Below, in pieces: positions 35,782 to 44,985 of a stretch of 64,000 bases of DNA. A program made the translations under genes and the position numbers. Numbering within the stretch: the stretch's first letter is position 1; every line of letters starts with the position of its first letter. The stretch lies in contig CANRPE010000002.1 of assembly GCA_947632405.1 (NCBI GenBank), positions 1,254-65,253 of the forward strand. Direction: 5' to 3'. Source of the DNA: an uncultured Bacilli bacterium. Lineage in GTDB: Bacteria; Bacillota_I; Bacilli_A; RF39; UBA660. Below the pieces are notes generated by a model. The model was not told the DNA's origin. It saw nothing but the letters and a program-made list of their open reading frames with translations, and made no database searches.

Positions 35782-36674
35782 TACTCAGCACCTACATTCT
35801 CATAGTAATATTTTTCTCCTTTTAGAAGAAAATAACTATTAATAATAATAACACCGTGTAAGAGAATTTGTATAATCATTGAATCTAGTAATTTTAAATA
35901 TGCTTCTGTTCCCAATAGGTATTGAACTAACATAACCATAAGATATAGCATAATACCAAATTGAAGAAATTGTTTATGGAATGTTGCTCTATCAATTCTA
36001 TCTCTATAAACACTTTCTACTAACATATCAATATCAAGTTGCATATTTTCCAAACTATCCATAGAGTTTCTTGCACCTTCTTTAGTAATTTGTAAAAATA
36101 ATTGATGCATATTCTTTACAATAAAATATGGATATAAATTTGACATATAGTTAACAGCTTCATCTATTGTACCATTTTGATAAGCTAAATCTATCATATG
36201 TTCTACGTCCGTCTTAACAGGATCTTCTAAAATTCCTGAATCTCTTACACCTTCTATAGCTTTTACAAAAGATTGAGTAGTTGCAAATTCCATAATAGTA
36301 TTTGAAGTATAAGTTTGAATTTGTTCAAAAATAAATTCACTATATACTTTTTTGCATCTTAAATATGATAGATATGGAACAAAACCTATTACAACAACAA
36401 TATAAAAAATAGAAACCATGATATTGTAAAAGTACATATAAGTAATAACACCTGTTACTATTGAAAAACCAGCAACTTGTAAAGCATATTGTTTTATTGT
36501 AAATTCTTGACCAAGTTGTTTGGTTTTTTCACGAACTACTTTATAAGAGTATGGTGCAAATTTATTATACATTCCAACTGCTTGTTGAGTAATAAATTTA
36601 CCTAAATGTTGACCATTATAATTACGACTTATTAAAATAATAAATGCTATTAACAATAAAAGAAATAATACCAT
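35781..36674 (-). CDS. TadB-like platform protein (T2SS-F-type)
   Basis: 297 aa with the same topology class as the TadC-like protein. It lies immediately downstream of the CpaF/TadA ATPase, with a 1-nt overlap to the next gene. Confidence 0.5.
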   Translation of the reverse strand: MVLFLLLLIAFIILISRNYNGQHLGKFITQQAVGMYNKFAPYSYKVVREKTKQLGQEFTIKQYALQVAGFSIVTGVITYMYFYNIMVSIFYIVVVIGFVPYLSYLRCKKVYSEFIFEQIQTYTSNTIMEFATTQSFVKAIEGVRDSGILEDPVKTDVEHMIDLAYQNGTIDEAVNYMSNLYPYFIVKNMHQLFLQITKEGARNSMDSLENMQLDIDMLVESVYRDRIDRATFHKQFLQFGIMLYLMVMLVQYLLGTEAYLKLLDSMIIQILLHGVIIINSYFLLKGEKYYYENVGAE

Positions 36675-36688
36675 ATATTATCACCCCT

Positions 36689-37963
36689 TTAATTACTCGC
36701 TACAGGTGGAACTGTTACCACTTGTGGTTTAGGTTTAGCAGGAGGTACAGACACAGTTTGAACTTTTGGTGCTGCTACTGTTTGAACTGCTACTTTTTGA
36801 TTTGGAATTTGTTGATTTCCTATATTATTAACTGGTGATTGTAAAGATGGATTTGGAACAGAAGTTGTTACTTTTTGTTCTTGATTTTTTGAAGTTCCAT
36901 TATCTTCAACCATATGATTAATAATAGAATTAATATCAATATTTTGATTTTCTAGGTATTCCATTAAATGTTTACTTGGTCTATGAGTAATTGGTGATTT
37001 ACCATATATTTTTTGATAAATCACATGGGTTTGAGGTTTATTATTTTCATCAACATAAAATTCAACTACTTCATCTAATTCACGATGGAATTTACCATAT
37101 TCTTTACTATAATATGCTTTTATGTGAACACCTAATTGAATATAACGATAGATTGTATTTAAAAATTGATCGACATCAATATCTGTTTCCATTAAACTAT
37201 ATAAACGATATGGAATAGCACTTGCTTTATCTGCATGAATTGTTGATAAAATATTATGTCCAGAAGAAATCGAGTTACGAACAGCACTAACTGCTTCAGC
37301 ACTACGAACTTCGGAAAGTAAAATCCACTTTGGATTCTGACGCATACAAGTTACTAATACATCAGTATAACTTGCTACATTATTAGTTTTCATTGCAACG
37401 ATATCACGATCTGGAAAAATTCTATCTAAGTGCAATTCTAAAGTATCTTCAATCGTAATTATTTTTTCTTCATGTTTAGTATGACTAGCTAAATATTTAA
37501 CAAATTCTGTTTTACCTGAACCAGTTTCACCTGCAACTAGAATATTGCAATGACCTTCAACGCATTTAATTAAAATATCATGAATATCTGCTGTAAAGTA
37601 ATCTTCTTGTAATAATTTTTGTTTTTCCAAACGAATTTTTGCTGGAGTTTTACGAATAACACATGCAATACCATTAGTTGCAATTGATTCATGTACAAAG
37701 TTAAAACGAAGTTCTGCTGATTCAGCATCTAGAAATGGTTTAGCATTATTAAAAGTTGTTCCCATTACATTTGAACATTGAAATGCTAATTTTTCCATAA
37801 ATTCTTGTGTAACACCAGCTACTTCTATTCTTTTTGAGCCTTGAGTTAGTGAACGAACCCAAATTTGTCCTTTATTACAAAAGGAAATATCTGTGATATC
37901 ATCATCATCTAATAATGGTTTTAACGGTCCAAAATCAAGTTTATCAAAAATACTTTCGTTCAT
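36689..37963 (-). CDS. CpaF/TadA-family (VirB11-related) secretion ATPase with a Pro/Val/Gln-rich C-terminal tail
   Basis: Motifs: ITDISFCNKGQIWV, IRK, VAGETGSGKTEF (Walker A), ITIEDTLELHL (Asp box/Walker B), LLSEVRSAEA and STIHA (His box). Confidence 0.88.
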   Translation of the reverse strand: MNESIFDKLDFGPLKPLLDDDDITDISFCNKGQIWVRSLTQGSKRIEVAGVTQEFMEKLAFQCSNVMGTTFNNAKPFLDAESAELRFNFVHESIATNGIACVIRKTPAKIRLEKQKLLQEDYFTADIHDILIKCVEGHCNILVAGETGSGKTEFVKYLASHTKHEEKIITIEDTLELHLDRIFPDRDIVAMKTNNVASYTDVLVTCMRQNPKWILLSEVRSAEAVSAVRNSISSGHNILSTIHADKASAIPYRLYSLMETDIDVDQFLNTIYRYIQLGVHIKAYYSKEYGKFHRELDEVVEFYVDENNKPQTHVIYQKIYGKSPITHRPSKHLMEYLENQNIDINSIINHMVEDNGTSKNQEQKVTTSVPNPSLQSPVNNIGNQQIPNQKVAVQTVAAPKVQTVSVPPAKPKPQVVTVPPVASN

Positions 37964-37996
37964 CTAACCACTTCCCTTTTTATTCTTTTATTCTTT

Positions 37997-38800
37997 TTAT
38001 TCTGTCCAAACAGTAATACTATTTATATAATCTTTAAGTTCTTCACTACTTAATTTTAAATCTCCTGGTTCATCTTTTAAGCTTTCTGCAGTAGGAACAG
38101 GAATTAATGTAGTAGAAACTGATCTTAAATACTTTGCTTTATTTAAAAGAATGTAATATTCTTGAGGTACTGCAAAGATTAAAGTAGCAGGAGTTTTATT
38201 TTCATCTACATCTGCAAAAACATTATTACCACTACTATCATTAACAGCAATAACTTCTACATTTTCTAGTAATTTTCCTACCATGATTTTATCACTAGTT
38301 ACAATATTTTCTCCTTCAGCTTGAGCATTCTGTGCTTTTAAGTAAATATCAATATAATTTCCAGGATAAATTGCATTACCATATGTAGTTTCAGTATCTA
38401 CATTCATATAATATAGAACATAACCTTCAGGATAATCATATATAATCTCATCTGGTAATTGATTTTTCTCTACAACACTTCTTTTATAAAATAAGCTTCC
38501 TTGAGGAATTACACTATCTGCATTTGCATATTTATTAACTACTTCATTTACATTAGTATAAGCAAAGCCATCATTTATTGTTTCTGATGATACATTTTTA
38601 GTACCAATCATTTCTGATGTAATTTGTGTACCAGGTTTTATTGTTTCTCTAGCATATGGAACATTAATTGGAGTAATAGCTTTATTTACTCTCGCATTAT
38701 ATCCAAAATATAATACTAAAACAGCAGCAATTACACCAATAACTGTAACTGTATTTTTATTAGATAATATTTTCTTTATTGTAATACTAATATTTCCCAT
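37997..38800 (-). CDS. CpaB/RcpC-like pilus assembly protein (SAF domain)
   Basis: N-terminal TM, then VPYARETIKPGTQITSEMIGTKNV (the SAF-domain pattern of CpaB). It lies directly upstream of the ATPase. Confidence 0.65.
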   Translation of the reverse strand: MGNISITIKKILSNKNTVTVIGVIAAVLVLYFGYNARVNKAITPINVPYARETIKPGTQITSEMIGTKNVSSETINDGFAYTNVNEVVNKYANADSVIPQGSLFYKRSVVEKNQLPDEIIYDYPEGYVLYYMNVDTETTYGNAIYPGNYIDIYLKAQNAQAEGENIVTSDKIMVGKLLENVEVIAVNDSSGNNVFADVDENKTPATLIFAVPQEYYILLNKAKYLRSVSTTLIPVPTAESLKDEPGDLKLSSEELKDYINSITVWTE

Positions 38801-38821
38801 TTTATTCTTCCTTTCTAAATT

Positions 38822-39268
38822 TTAATATAGTCCTTTTAAATATTTTGTTGTTAAAATAGGATCCTGTTTATTATTTGTTTCTAAGATTCCTTCAAGTCTT
38901 GTTGAAATATTAACATTAGAAGTTCCATCTGGAGAAAAACTATTATTAAGTGAATCTATTTGAATTGTAACTTTAGGTGGTACTTCATTAATATCATAAA
39001 ATTTAATATCATATTCTCTAGAATTATCAACATTAGATGCAAATCTAAGGACGAAGTTTTCAACAAACTTCTCCTTATCTATTCTATATACACCACGTTC
39101 TGTATGATATGAAGTATCAATAGCATCCATCATTGCTGCTTGAGTTGTTTCTTTTAATAAATAATAATCTAGTTCATTTCCTGTAGAATAATTAGTAATT
39201 AAGTTAATAGCCGCTAAAGCTAAAATACTTAATACAATGATACCTACTGTTAAATATGCTTTATTCAT
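38822..39268 (-). CDS. N-terminally anchored 148-aa protein, possible pseudopilin
   Basis: MNKAYLTVGIIVLSILALAAINLI is followed by a small alpha/beta-looking domain. It sits between the giant protein and CpaB genes. Confidence 0.35.
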   Translation of the reverse strand: MNKAYLTVGIIVLSILALAAINLITNYSTGNELDYYLLKETTQAAMMDAIDTSYHTERGVYRIDKEKFVENFVLRFASNVDNSREYDIKFYDINEVPPKVTIQIDSLNNSFSPDGTSNVNISTRLEGILETNNKQDPILTTKYLKGLY

Positions 39269-39284
39269 TTATTAACACCCTCCC

Positions 39285-42257
39285 TTAATTATTATTGAAT
39301 CCAATTCTTGTATTAACTACAGCATCAGTAGTATAAGTTGGATCATAGAAAATATTACTTTTATAGTAGTATAAACCTTCTACTTTTTCTGGACTTTCAT
39401 TTTTATTATTACCTTGATATGAAATATATCCATATTTTTTTGCATAAGAGCGTAAATTTTTAATATTTTCTTTTGTTAAATGTACTGTATAATCAGCAGT
39501 ACCACTATAAACTGAATCTGGATTACCTTTTGCTTCTTCTTGAAGTGTTTCAGCATAATTTCCAGGATCAATTCCATAACTTGTTCCTGCTGCAACTTTA
39601 TCTGTAGCTGCACTTGTCCAGTTAAATCCAACTTCTCTTTGATTTATTCCATCAGAAGCTGGGAATAGTAATTGTTGTTCTACTGGTCTAAATACTGTGT
39701 TACATAATGCTGTACTATTTTCATTACTACATTCATTTTTTTCTTCGGTAGTTGGTGGTGGCGTTGTATTATCGCCAGAATCACCAGGATCATCTGGATC
39801 AACTTGATTACTTAAAGCATAGAAGCAATTTAAATCAATATTCCAACTATATTTACCAAAGTTTCTAATATTTGTTTTTATATTATCTGGTCTTTCTACT
39901 TTAATAGTATTTATATCTCCCTTATTATTGATTTTCCAATTCCACCATTGTTCATTTACTGGTTCAAAGTCATAGCCAGTACAATAGTAATTTTCTTTTT
40001 CTCTAGTATTATCTTTATTTACTTTATCTTCATGATAATATCTCTTAGCACTTTTTAAATCAATCCATGTACCAGGGAAAGTAATAGTAGTTTTATAATG
40101 TTGCCAATATTCTGGATTATCTTTTCCATAACAAATTCCATTAATACCATTAAGTGCACATAAAGCATCTTTAGAAGTTTCTTTATCAGAATCTAATGGA
40201 ATAAACATTTTTACATCTCCAGTTGGAGTTAAACATGTATTATTAGCAGATGTTTTATTTTGTGATGACCAACTAGATTGATCATCTGGATTTTTATCTT
40301 TCATTACATCATTATCAACTTGCATATCAAATGTTGCTTCTTCTTCATTTGTACATTTAGCACTAGCTGTACATTCAGATAATTCTGCACTAATTTTTTC
40401 AAATTTTTCAACATAGTATTTTCTAAGATTTTCACTACTATCTTGACATTCACCTGCTGTTGTTTTTAAGAATCCACAAGTTTCATAACATTTATAACTT
40501 CTTGAACGTTGTCTTTTTATACCACCATCATCGATTATATAAGATCTTGCTTCACCATAACCATTTAATCCATTATTTACTCCATAGAATGATTGAATAG
40601 TTTTTAATGCTACAGTTTGATTACGGAAATAATATGGTGATGATCTTTTTATAGATTCAATCCAGTTATCCCCAGAAGGTGAACCTGTTGTTTTTGCTAC
40701 ACTAGAATCTGGTTTCCAAATATAATCGAACCAATCAATATTTCCATTATATTTTTGATAAACTCCTAATGGTTCTTCTTGTTTTAATTTATAAAATGCT
40801 TTTGCACATGCTTCTGCATTGCTTTTAATTTGAGCATTAGTTTTACATCCATCGATATTATAATATGGATCATCTTTATTTTCTTTTGCAAGTTTTTTAA
40901 CATTACTAAATGTTGTTGTTGCAGCAACTTTTTTCGTTGTTGTATTATTTTTTTCATATACTTTTTTATAACAAGAATTTATACAACTTTGTGAATATTT
41001 ACCATTATCACAAGCTTGAATACAAGTATCAAAGTCTTGGCTTGGTCCTGCTTGAGTTTCATTTTCATTTCCACTACAAATTGGAGTATAACTACAAATT
41101 GAAGGAGGTGTAGGCCATTTTATATCGCCTTTTGGTTGAGTTTTACATGTAACTTTACTTTTTACTGTTACTTTATATTGGAAACAAAGTCCTGCTTTTG
41201 TTGCAACAGGTGGATCATATGTAACTTGAATTTGTTCTTGACATGTAACACTACATGCATTATTATTTACTTCTTCGTTTTCAGTATAATATTTAGCTGT
41301 TTCCTCTGTAGTTTGTTCTTTCTTACAAGATAAAGTTTCTACACTAATTCCCTTACTATTATAAGTTAATTTCTTATAACCCTCATTTTCAATTTCTGCT
41401 TTAGCTTTATCAAATTCAGAATTATCTTTTTGACTTGATACAAAATCTAAATAAACTTTATATGCTTTTAAAGATGCTTTTCTTACTTTTTCAATATCTT
41501 TAGCTGTAATCTCAAAAGTTGATGAGTAACCTTGATAACAATATGGAAAACTAGATTTCATTTGAGCATTATATTTATCAACATCTTCTTGGCTTGATAA
41601 ATAAACATCACCATCTTTTTCAAGCTTTCCTTCTAGCATAGCTTGGCATTCTTTGCCTTCTTTTGAATTAGGATCTACTGCTATACTAACCTTTGCATCA
41701 TCTGCAAATTTTTGAGAAATATATGCTGCTGTATTATTAATCTGAAGTTTACCACTATTATCAATTGCTACATTTCCTGCTTTACATGTTGTAGTAGCTG
41801 ATTTTCCATCTTTATCTTTATAAGTAACTTTTAAAGCTTTTCCATCAGTATTAACAATTTTTCCATTATCATTCTTAACAGGCTCAGCAATTAAGAAAAT
41901 TGCATTACCAGGACCTACACTAATTTCTAAATCATTACCCCCTGTATAATTAACAGTTATTGGAGTTGCTTGACTTCCTAATACTAAGGAATAATCTGCT
42001 GATGTAGAGTCATAATCAATAGCATATTTAATTTTCCATTTTCCTTCTTTAGAATGAATCTTAATTTTATAATTTTGTTTATCTACTGTTAACATTTTAT
42101 CTGTATATAAAGCATTTTCACAAGCTTTATCTGCTAATGATTTTGTACCTGTTGCACTTTGCTTTGTTTTAGCATTTACTTCTGTTACCATTAAAAATAC
42201 AGAAAATACTAATACTAGTATTAAACATTTACCAACCCTTTTACTAAAACTATGCAT
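39285..42257 (-). CDS. Giant secreted cysteine-rich protein (990 aa), paralog B
   Basis: Sec signal ending VNA|K. About 30 Cys by hand count. The conserved core is AGLCFQYKVTVKS ... QAGPSQDFDTCIQACDNGKYSQSCINSCYKKVY. It has a Pro/Asp-rich linker and a C-terminus NTRIGFNNN. There is no LPXTG and no C-terminal TM. Confidence 0.8.
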   Translation of the reverse strand: MHSFSKRVGKCLILVLVFSVFLMVTEVNAKTKQSATGTKSLADKACENALYTDKMLTVDKQNYKIKIHSKEGKWKIKYAIDYDSTSADYSLVLGSQATPITVNYTGGNDLEISVGPGNAIFLIAEPVKNDNGKIVNTDGKALKVTYKDKDGKSATTTCKAGNVAIDNSGKLQINNTAAYISQKFADDAKVSIAVDPNSKEGKECQAMLEGKLEKDGDVYLSSQEDVDKYNAQMKSSFPYCYQGYSSTFEITAKDIEKVRKASLKAYKVYLDFVSSQKDNSEFDKAKAEIENEGYKKLTYNSKGISVETLSCKKEQTTEETAKYYTENEEVNNNACSVTCQEQIQVTYDPPVATKAGLCFQYKVTVKSKVTCKTQPKGDIKWPTPPSICSYTPICSGNENETQAGPSQDFDTCIQACDNGKYSQSCINSCYKKVYEKNNTTTKKVAATTTFSNVKKLAKENKDDPYYNIDGCKTNAQIKSNAEACAKAFYKLKQEEPLGVYQKYNGNIDWFDYIWKPDSSVAKTTGSPSGDNWIESIKRSSPYYFRNQTVALKTIQSFYGVNNGLNGYGEARSYIIDDGGIKRQRSRSYKCYETCGFLKTTAGECQDSSENLRKYYVEKFEKISAELSECTASAKCTNEEEATFDMQVDNDVMKDKNPDDQSSWSSQNKTSANNTCLTPTGDVKMFIPLDSDKETSKDALCALNGINGICYGKDNPEYWQHYKTTITFPGTWIDLKSAKRYYHEDKVNKDNTREKENYYCTGYDFEPVNEQWWNWKINNKGDINTIKVERPDNIKTNIRNFGKYSWNIDLNCFYALSNQVDPDDPGDSGDNTTPPPTTEEKNECSNENSTALCNTVFRPVEQQLLFPASDGINQREVGFNWTSAATDKVAAGTSYGIDPGNYAETLQEEAKGNPDSVYSGTADYTVHLTKENIKNLRSYAKKYGYISYQGNNKNESPEKVEGLYYYKSNIFYDPTYTTDAVVNTRIGFNNN

Positions 42258-43029
42258 CTAAAACATCTCCTTCCATTATTTTCTTTATTTTATTATAGTT
42301 TTTATTTTCTTTTATTTTATAATTACTAATTAACTCATTTTTTCTTACTAATCTAGCATCAACAACAAATGAATACTCAGTTGTTGGACCAAAAAATCTT
42401 GTACATGTCACAAGTGTTATTAATTTATCATTTTCATCTACATCTATATTAAAATCGAAATAACTATTTTTTTTAGTATATTTAATATATTGTTTTAACT
42501 CTTTTTTACTAGGATTTATATTATCATAATCTAAATCTTCTTCTTTTTGAAAAGAAATACCATATATCTTAAATAAATAGTTTTTACCATTTACTGTATA
42601 TTGGATATATTTATTGTCTTTAACAAAATCTGAATAAATATAAGCCATTAATTGTTCAAATCTTTTATGATTTTTATTACCTATTAAAGGATTAGAAGAT
42701 ACATTTAATATATTATGAGAAAATAGTGTTGTTTTTTTCTGTAATGTTTTTTTATCAGAGTAACTCCAACCTAATTCATAAGTTGGATCTGAAACATCAC
42801 TAGTATCATAATTAACAATTGGAAAGTCTATATTTGTTCCTTGAACTTTCAACCATCCTATTGCTGTTTCACCATTTACTCCTTTGAATTGTTTCATTTT
42901 TTTAGTTCTATCTTCTACTTTATAAAAGGGAAATAGTAATTTCCAAATCAGAAAACCAATTATTATTAAAATTACGATAATAATGAGCAGTCGCGACAAC
43001 ATATATTTTTTCGATTTTAATTTTTTCAT
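42250..43029 (-). CDS. Class-B-like sortase
   Basis: N-terminal TM and IGWLKVQGTNIDFPIV. The catalytic triad candidates are His in TLFSHN, Cys in LITLVTCT and Arg in VVDARL. Its stop overlaps the start of the 990-aa gene by 8 nt. Confidence 0.8.
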   Translation of the reverse strand: MKKLKSKKYMLSRLLIIIVILIIIGFLIWKLLFPFYKVEDRTKKMKQFKGVNGETAIGWLKVQGTNIDFPIVNYDTSDVSDPTYELGWSYSDKKTLQKKTTLFSHNILNVSSNPLIGNKNHKRFEQLMAYIYSDFVKDNKYIQYTVNGKNYLFKIYGISFQKEEDLDYDNINPSKKELKQYIKYTKKNSYFDFNIDVDENDKLITLVTCTRFFGPTTEYSFVVDARLVRKNELISNYKIKENKNYNKIKKIMEGDVLDA

Positions 43030-43041
43030 AATATCTTACCT

Positions 43042-44841
43042 CTATTTTGTTATTGTATATGGATTTGTTTCACTACCTTCTCCATTTTTTATAACAATGT
43101 TTTTATCTAAATAACCAACTAATCTAATACCATTTGTTTCTTCACTATCAAATTTATTTGAAGTAATACCTAATGTTGCTGAATTAATATAAACTGAATC
43201 TTTAGATATTTCTTGATACCATGTACTAACACCATTAGTTGTATTAGCACTATATAAATCAAATACACTAGCTAAAGATAATTTAACATTATATTTTTTT
43301 GTATTTTTTTCTTGATTATATAAAACATAATCATTATATGTATTTACTGTTATTGCTTTAGAAACAAAATAAGTCGTTTTTATACTTTCAGATATTTGAT
43401 TTACAATTTTATAAGCAACATTATTTTTTCTAGTTGGATTATATGGTGTTAACTTAGAATCATATTTAGTATAATAACCCTCACCATTATTCTTTACTGG
43501 TTCTGTCATAATTACTTTTGTAGTTTCATCGTTTTCTTTTTCAATAACTCTCCAAAGATAACCTGAGTATGAGATATAACTTCCTGTATTAACATTTGAA
43601 ATTTTATTTCCTTTTTTAGAAGTATTCTTATTTCCCTTTAAAATATATGGATTAGAACTACTTCCATCTCCTGCAATTACTGTTGCATTCTCAGTAATAT
43701 TTAAAGCAGGTTTAATATTAAATATTTTGTTATTACTAAATTCTTTATAATTTGAAAAATTACTATTTGCTATATCAAAATAGGAAGATACCCAAGCTGT
43801 TTTTTTATCAGTCTTAGAATTAGAAGTCCAAACAGCTGTATCATTTACTATATTTGAAACACCATCACTATCTTTAGAATTATTATAATCTAAAATAGAA
43901 AGTAACCCTATTGGATTTTTCTTAGAATAGTTTGTACATTTTTTATATTCATCTGGATTTTTTACACTATCAATGCACCATTTACTATCTTTTTTAATAT
44001 AATCTTTAGCACTATTGCTTAATTTTTCATAGAAATAATCATTTAACCAAGAATTAATACCTTCATAATCTACTGATCCTAAAGCTTCTTTAGAAACAAC
44101 TTTTACACTATTATCTTCATTTATACCTATCATCTGGAATAAAATACCATCAAGTTTTACATAATTATTATTTTGATTTCCTTGATATATTTTTGTTTTA
44201 CCTGTATCTTCTTTAATAATATTATTTAATGTTTGTGTTACTTTAACTTTTCTTATTTTTACTGTTTTATTTTCTAAACTATCTTTAGCAGTATATGTAA
44301 CTTCATATGTACCAATTTTATTTACGTTTACTTTGCTTGTATCTACAGTAACATCATTGATACTCATTTTTCCATCACTATCATCAATAACACTTTTAAT
44401 ACCTTCATCTTCATAAGCATTACCTTGATAAACAACAACTTCATCATTACCTTTTAAAGTAATTGTTGGTCCTTCATGATCAATTTTTGATTTAAACATA
44501 CCACATTTTAAATAAACATTATATTCATATTCGCCATTTATTTTTCTAACTCTTGCCCAACTTTCATCTGACTCACAATATTTATTTGTATATGGCGCTC
44601 TTAAATCTTCTTTAATAAAGTCTTGTTTATATAAAGTTTGTAATGATACTTTTTTAATTTTAGTACCTGTTGGAAGCTTACTCTCATTTATTTCAAAATA
44701 TCGTTTTGTTGCTTCTAACATATTTTTTTCCATACTTTTAAATTTTAGTATTGGACTAACTACTAAAAACCACACTAATAAAACAACTACAAGAACTGTA
44801 ATCATTATTTTAAAATTCTTTTCATCCTTTTTTTTCTGCAT
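43042..44841 (-). CDS. N-terminally anchored surface protein (599 aa): shared N-module, DUF5011-type Ig domain and two WR[IV]I domains
   Basis: One TM and ATKRYFEINESKLP...YEYNVYLKCG. The Ig-like stretch is HEGPTITLKGND..GIKSVIDDSDGK..IGTYEVTYTAKDSLENKTVKIRKVKV. The two repeats end GDGSSSNPYILKG and GEGSETNPYTITK. Confidence 0.75.
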   Translation of the reverse strand: MQKKKDEKNFKIMITVLVVVLLVWFLVVSPILKFKSMEKNMLEATKRYFEINESKLPTGTKIKKVSLQTLYKQDFIKEDLRAPYTNKYCESDESWARVRKINGEYEYNVYLKCGMFKSKIDHEGPTITLKGNDEVVVYQGNAYEDEGIKSVIDDSDGKMSINDVTVDTSKVNVNKIGTYEVTYTAKDSLENKTVKIRKVKVTQTLNNIIKEDTGKTKIYQGNQNNNYVKLDGILFQMIGINEDNSVKVVSKEALGSVDYEGINSWLNDYFYEKLSNSAKDYIKKDSKWCIDSVKNPDEYKKCTNYSKKNPIGLLSILDYNNSKDSDGVSNIVNDTAVWTSNSKTDKKTAWVSSYFDIANSNFSNYKEFSNNKIFNIKPALNITENATVIAGDGSSSNPYILKGNKNTSKKGNKISNVNTGSYISYSGYLWRVIEKENDETTKVIMTEPVKNNGEGYYTKYDSKLTPYNPTRKNNVAYKIVNQISESIKTTYFVSKAITVNTYNDYVLYNQEKNTKKYNVKLSLASVFDLYSANTTNGVSTWYQEISKDSVYINSATLGITSNKFDSEETNGIRLVGYLDKNIVIKNGEGSETNPYTITK

Positions 44842-44905
44842 AATAAAATTCCCTTTCTCTTTATTTTAAACAATCTAATGTGCCTATTCTCATTATCTAT
44901 ATTTT

Positions 44906-44933
44906 ATTTTATCATATTGAGATAAATTGTCAA
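44906..44933 (-). promoter_or_regulatory. Promoter of the 599-sortase-990-Tad transcription unit
   Basis: The minus strand reads TTGACA (44933-44928), a 16-nt spacer, then TGATAAAAT (extended -10; TAAAAT at 44911-44906). Confidence 0.5.
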
Positions 44934-44956
44934 TTAGTTGTTTCATATTTTGCAAA

Positions 44957-44984
44957 GAAAAAAAGTCTGTAAATTAATACAAAC
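44957..44984 (-). terminator. Intrinsic terminator after the 1051-aa gene
   Basis: The minus strand reads GTTTGTA-TTAATT-TACAGAC (7-bp stem, one G-U pair) followed by T7, beginning 2 nt after the stop. Confidence 0.55.
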
Positions 44985-44985
44985 T

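Noticed and set aside
43042-43080. The C-terminal NPYTITK, NPYEIAK and NPYVIR ends of the 599/585/434-aa proteins as SrtB-type NPxTx sorting signals.
   Set aside because: No hydrophobic segment or positively charged tail follows, because the motif is at the very C-terminus. The same NPY motif also ends the internal repeat (NPYILKG), so it is more likely a structural domain terminus. I keep it only as a testable possibility under the sortase finding.
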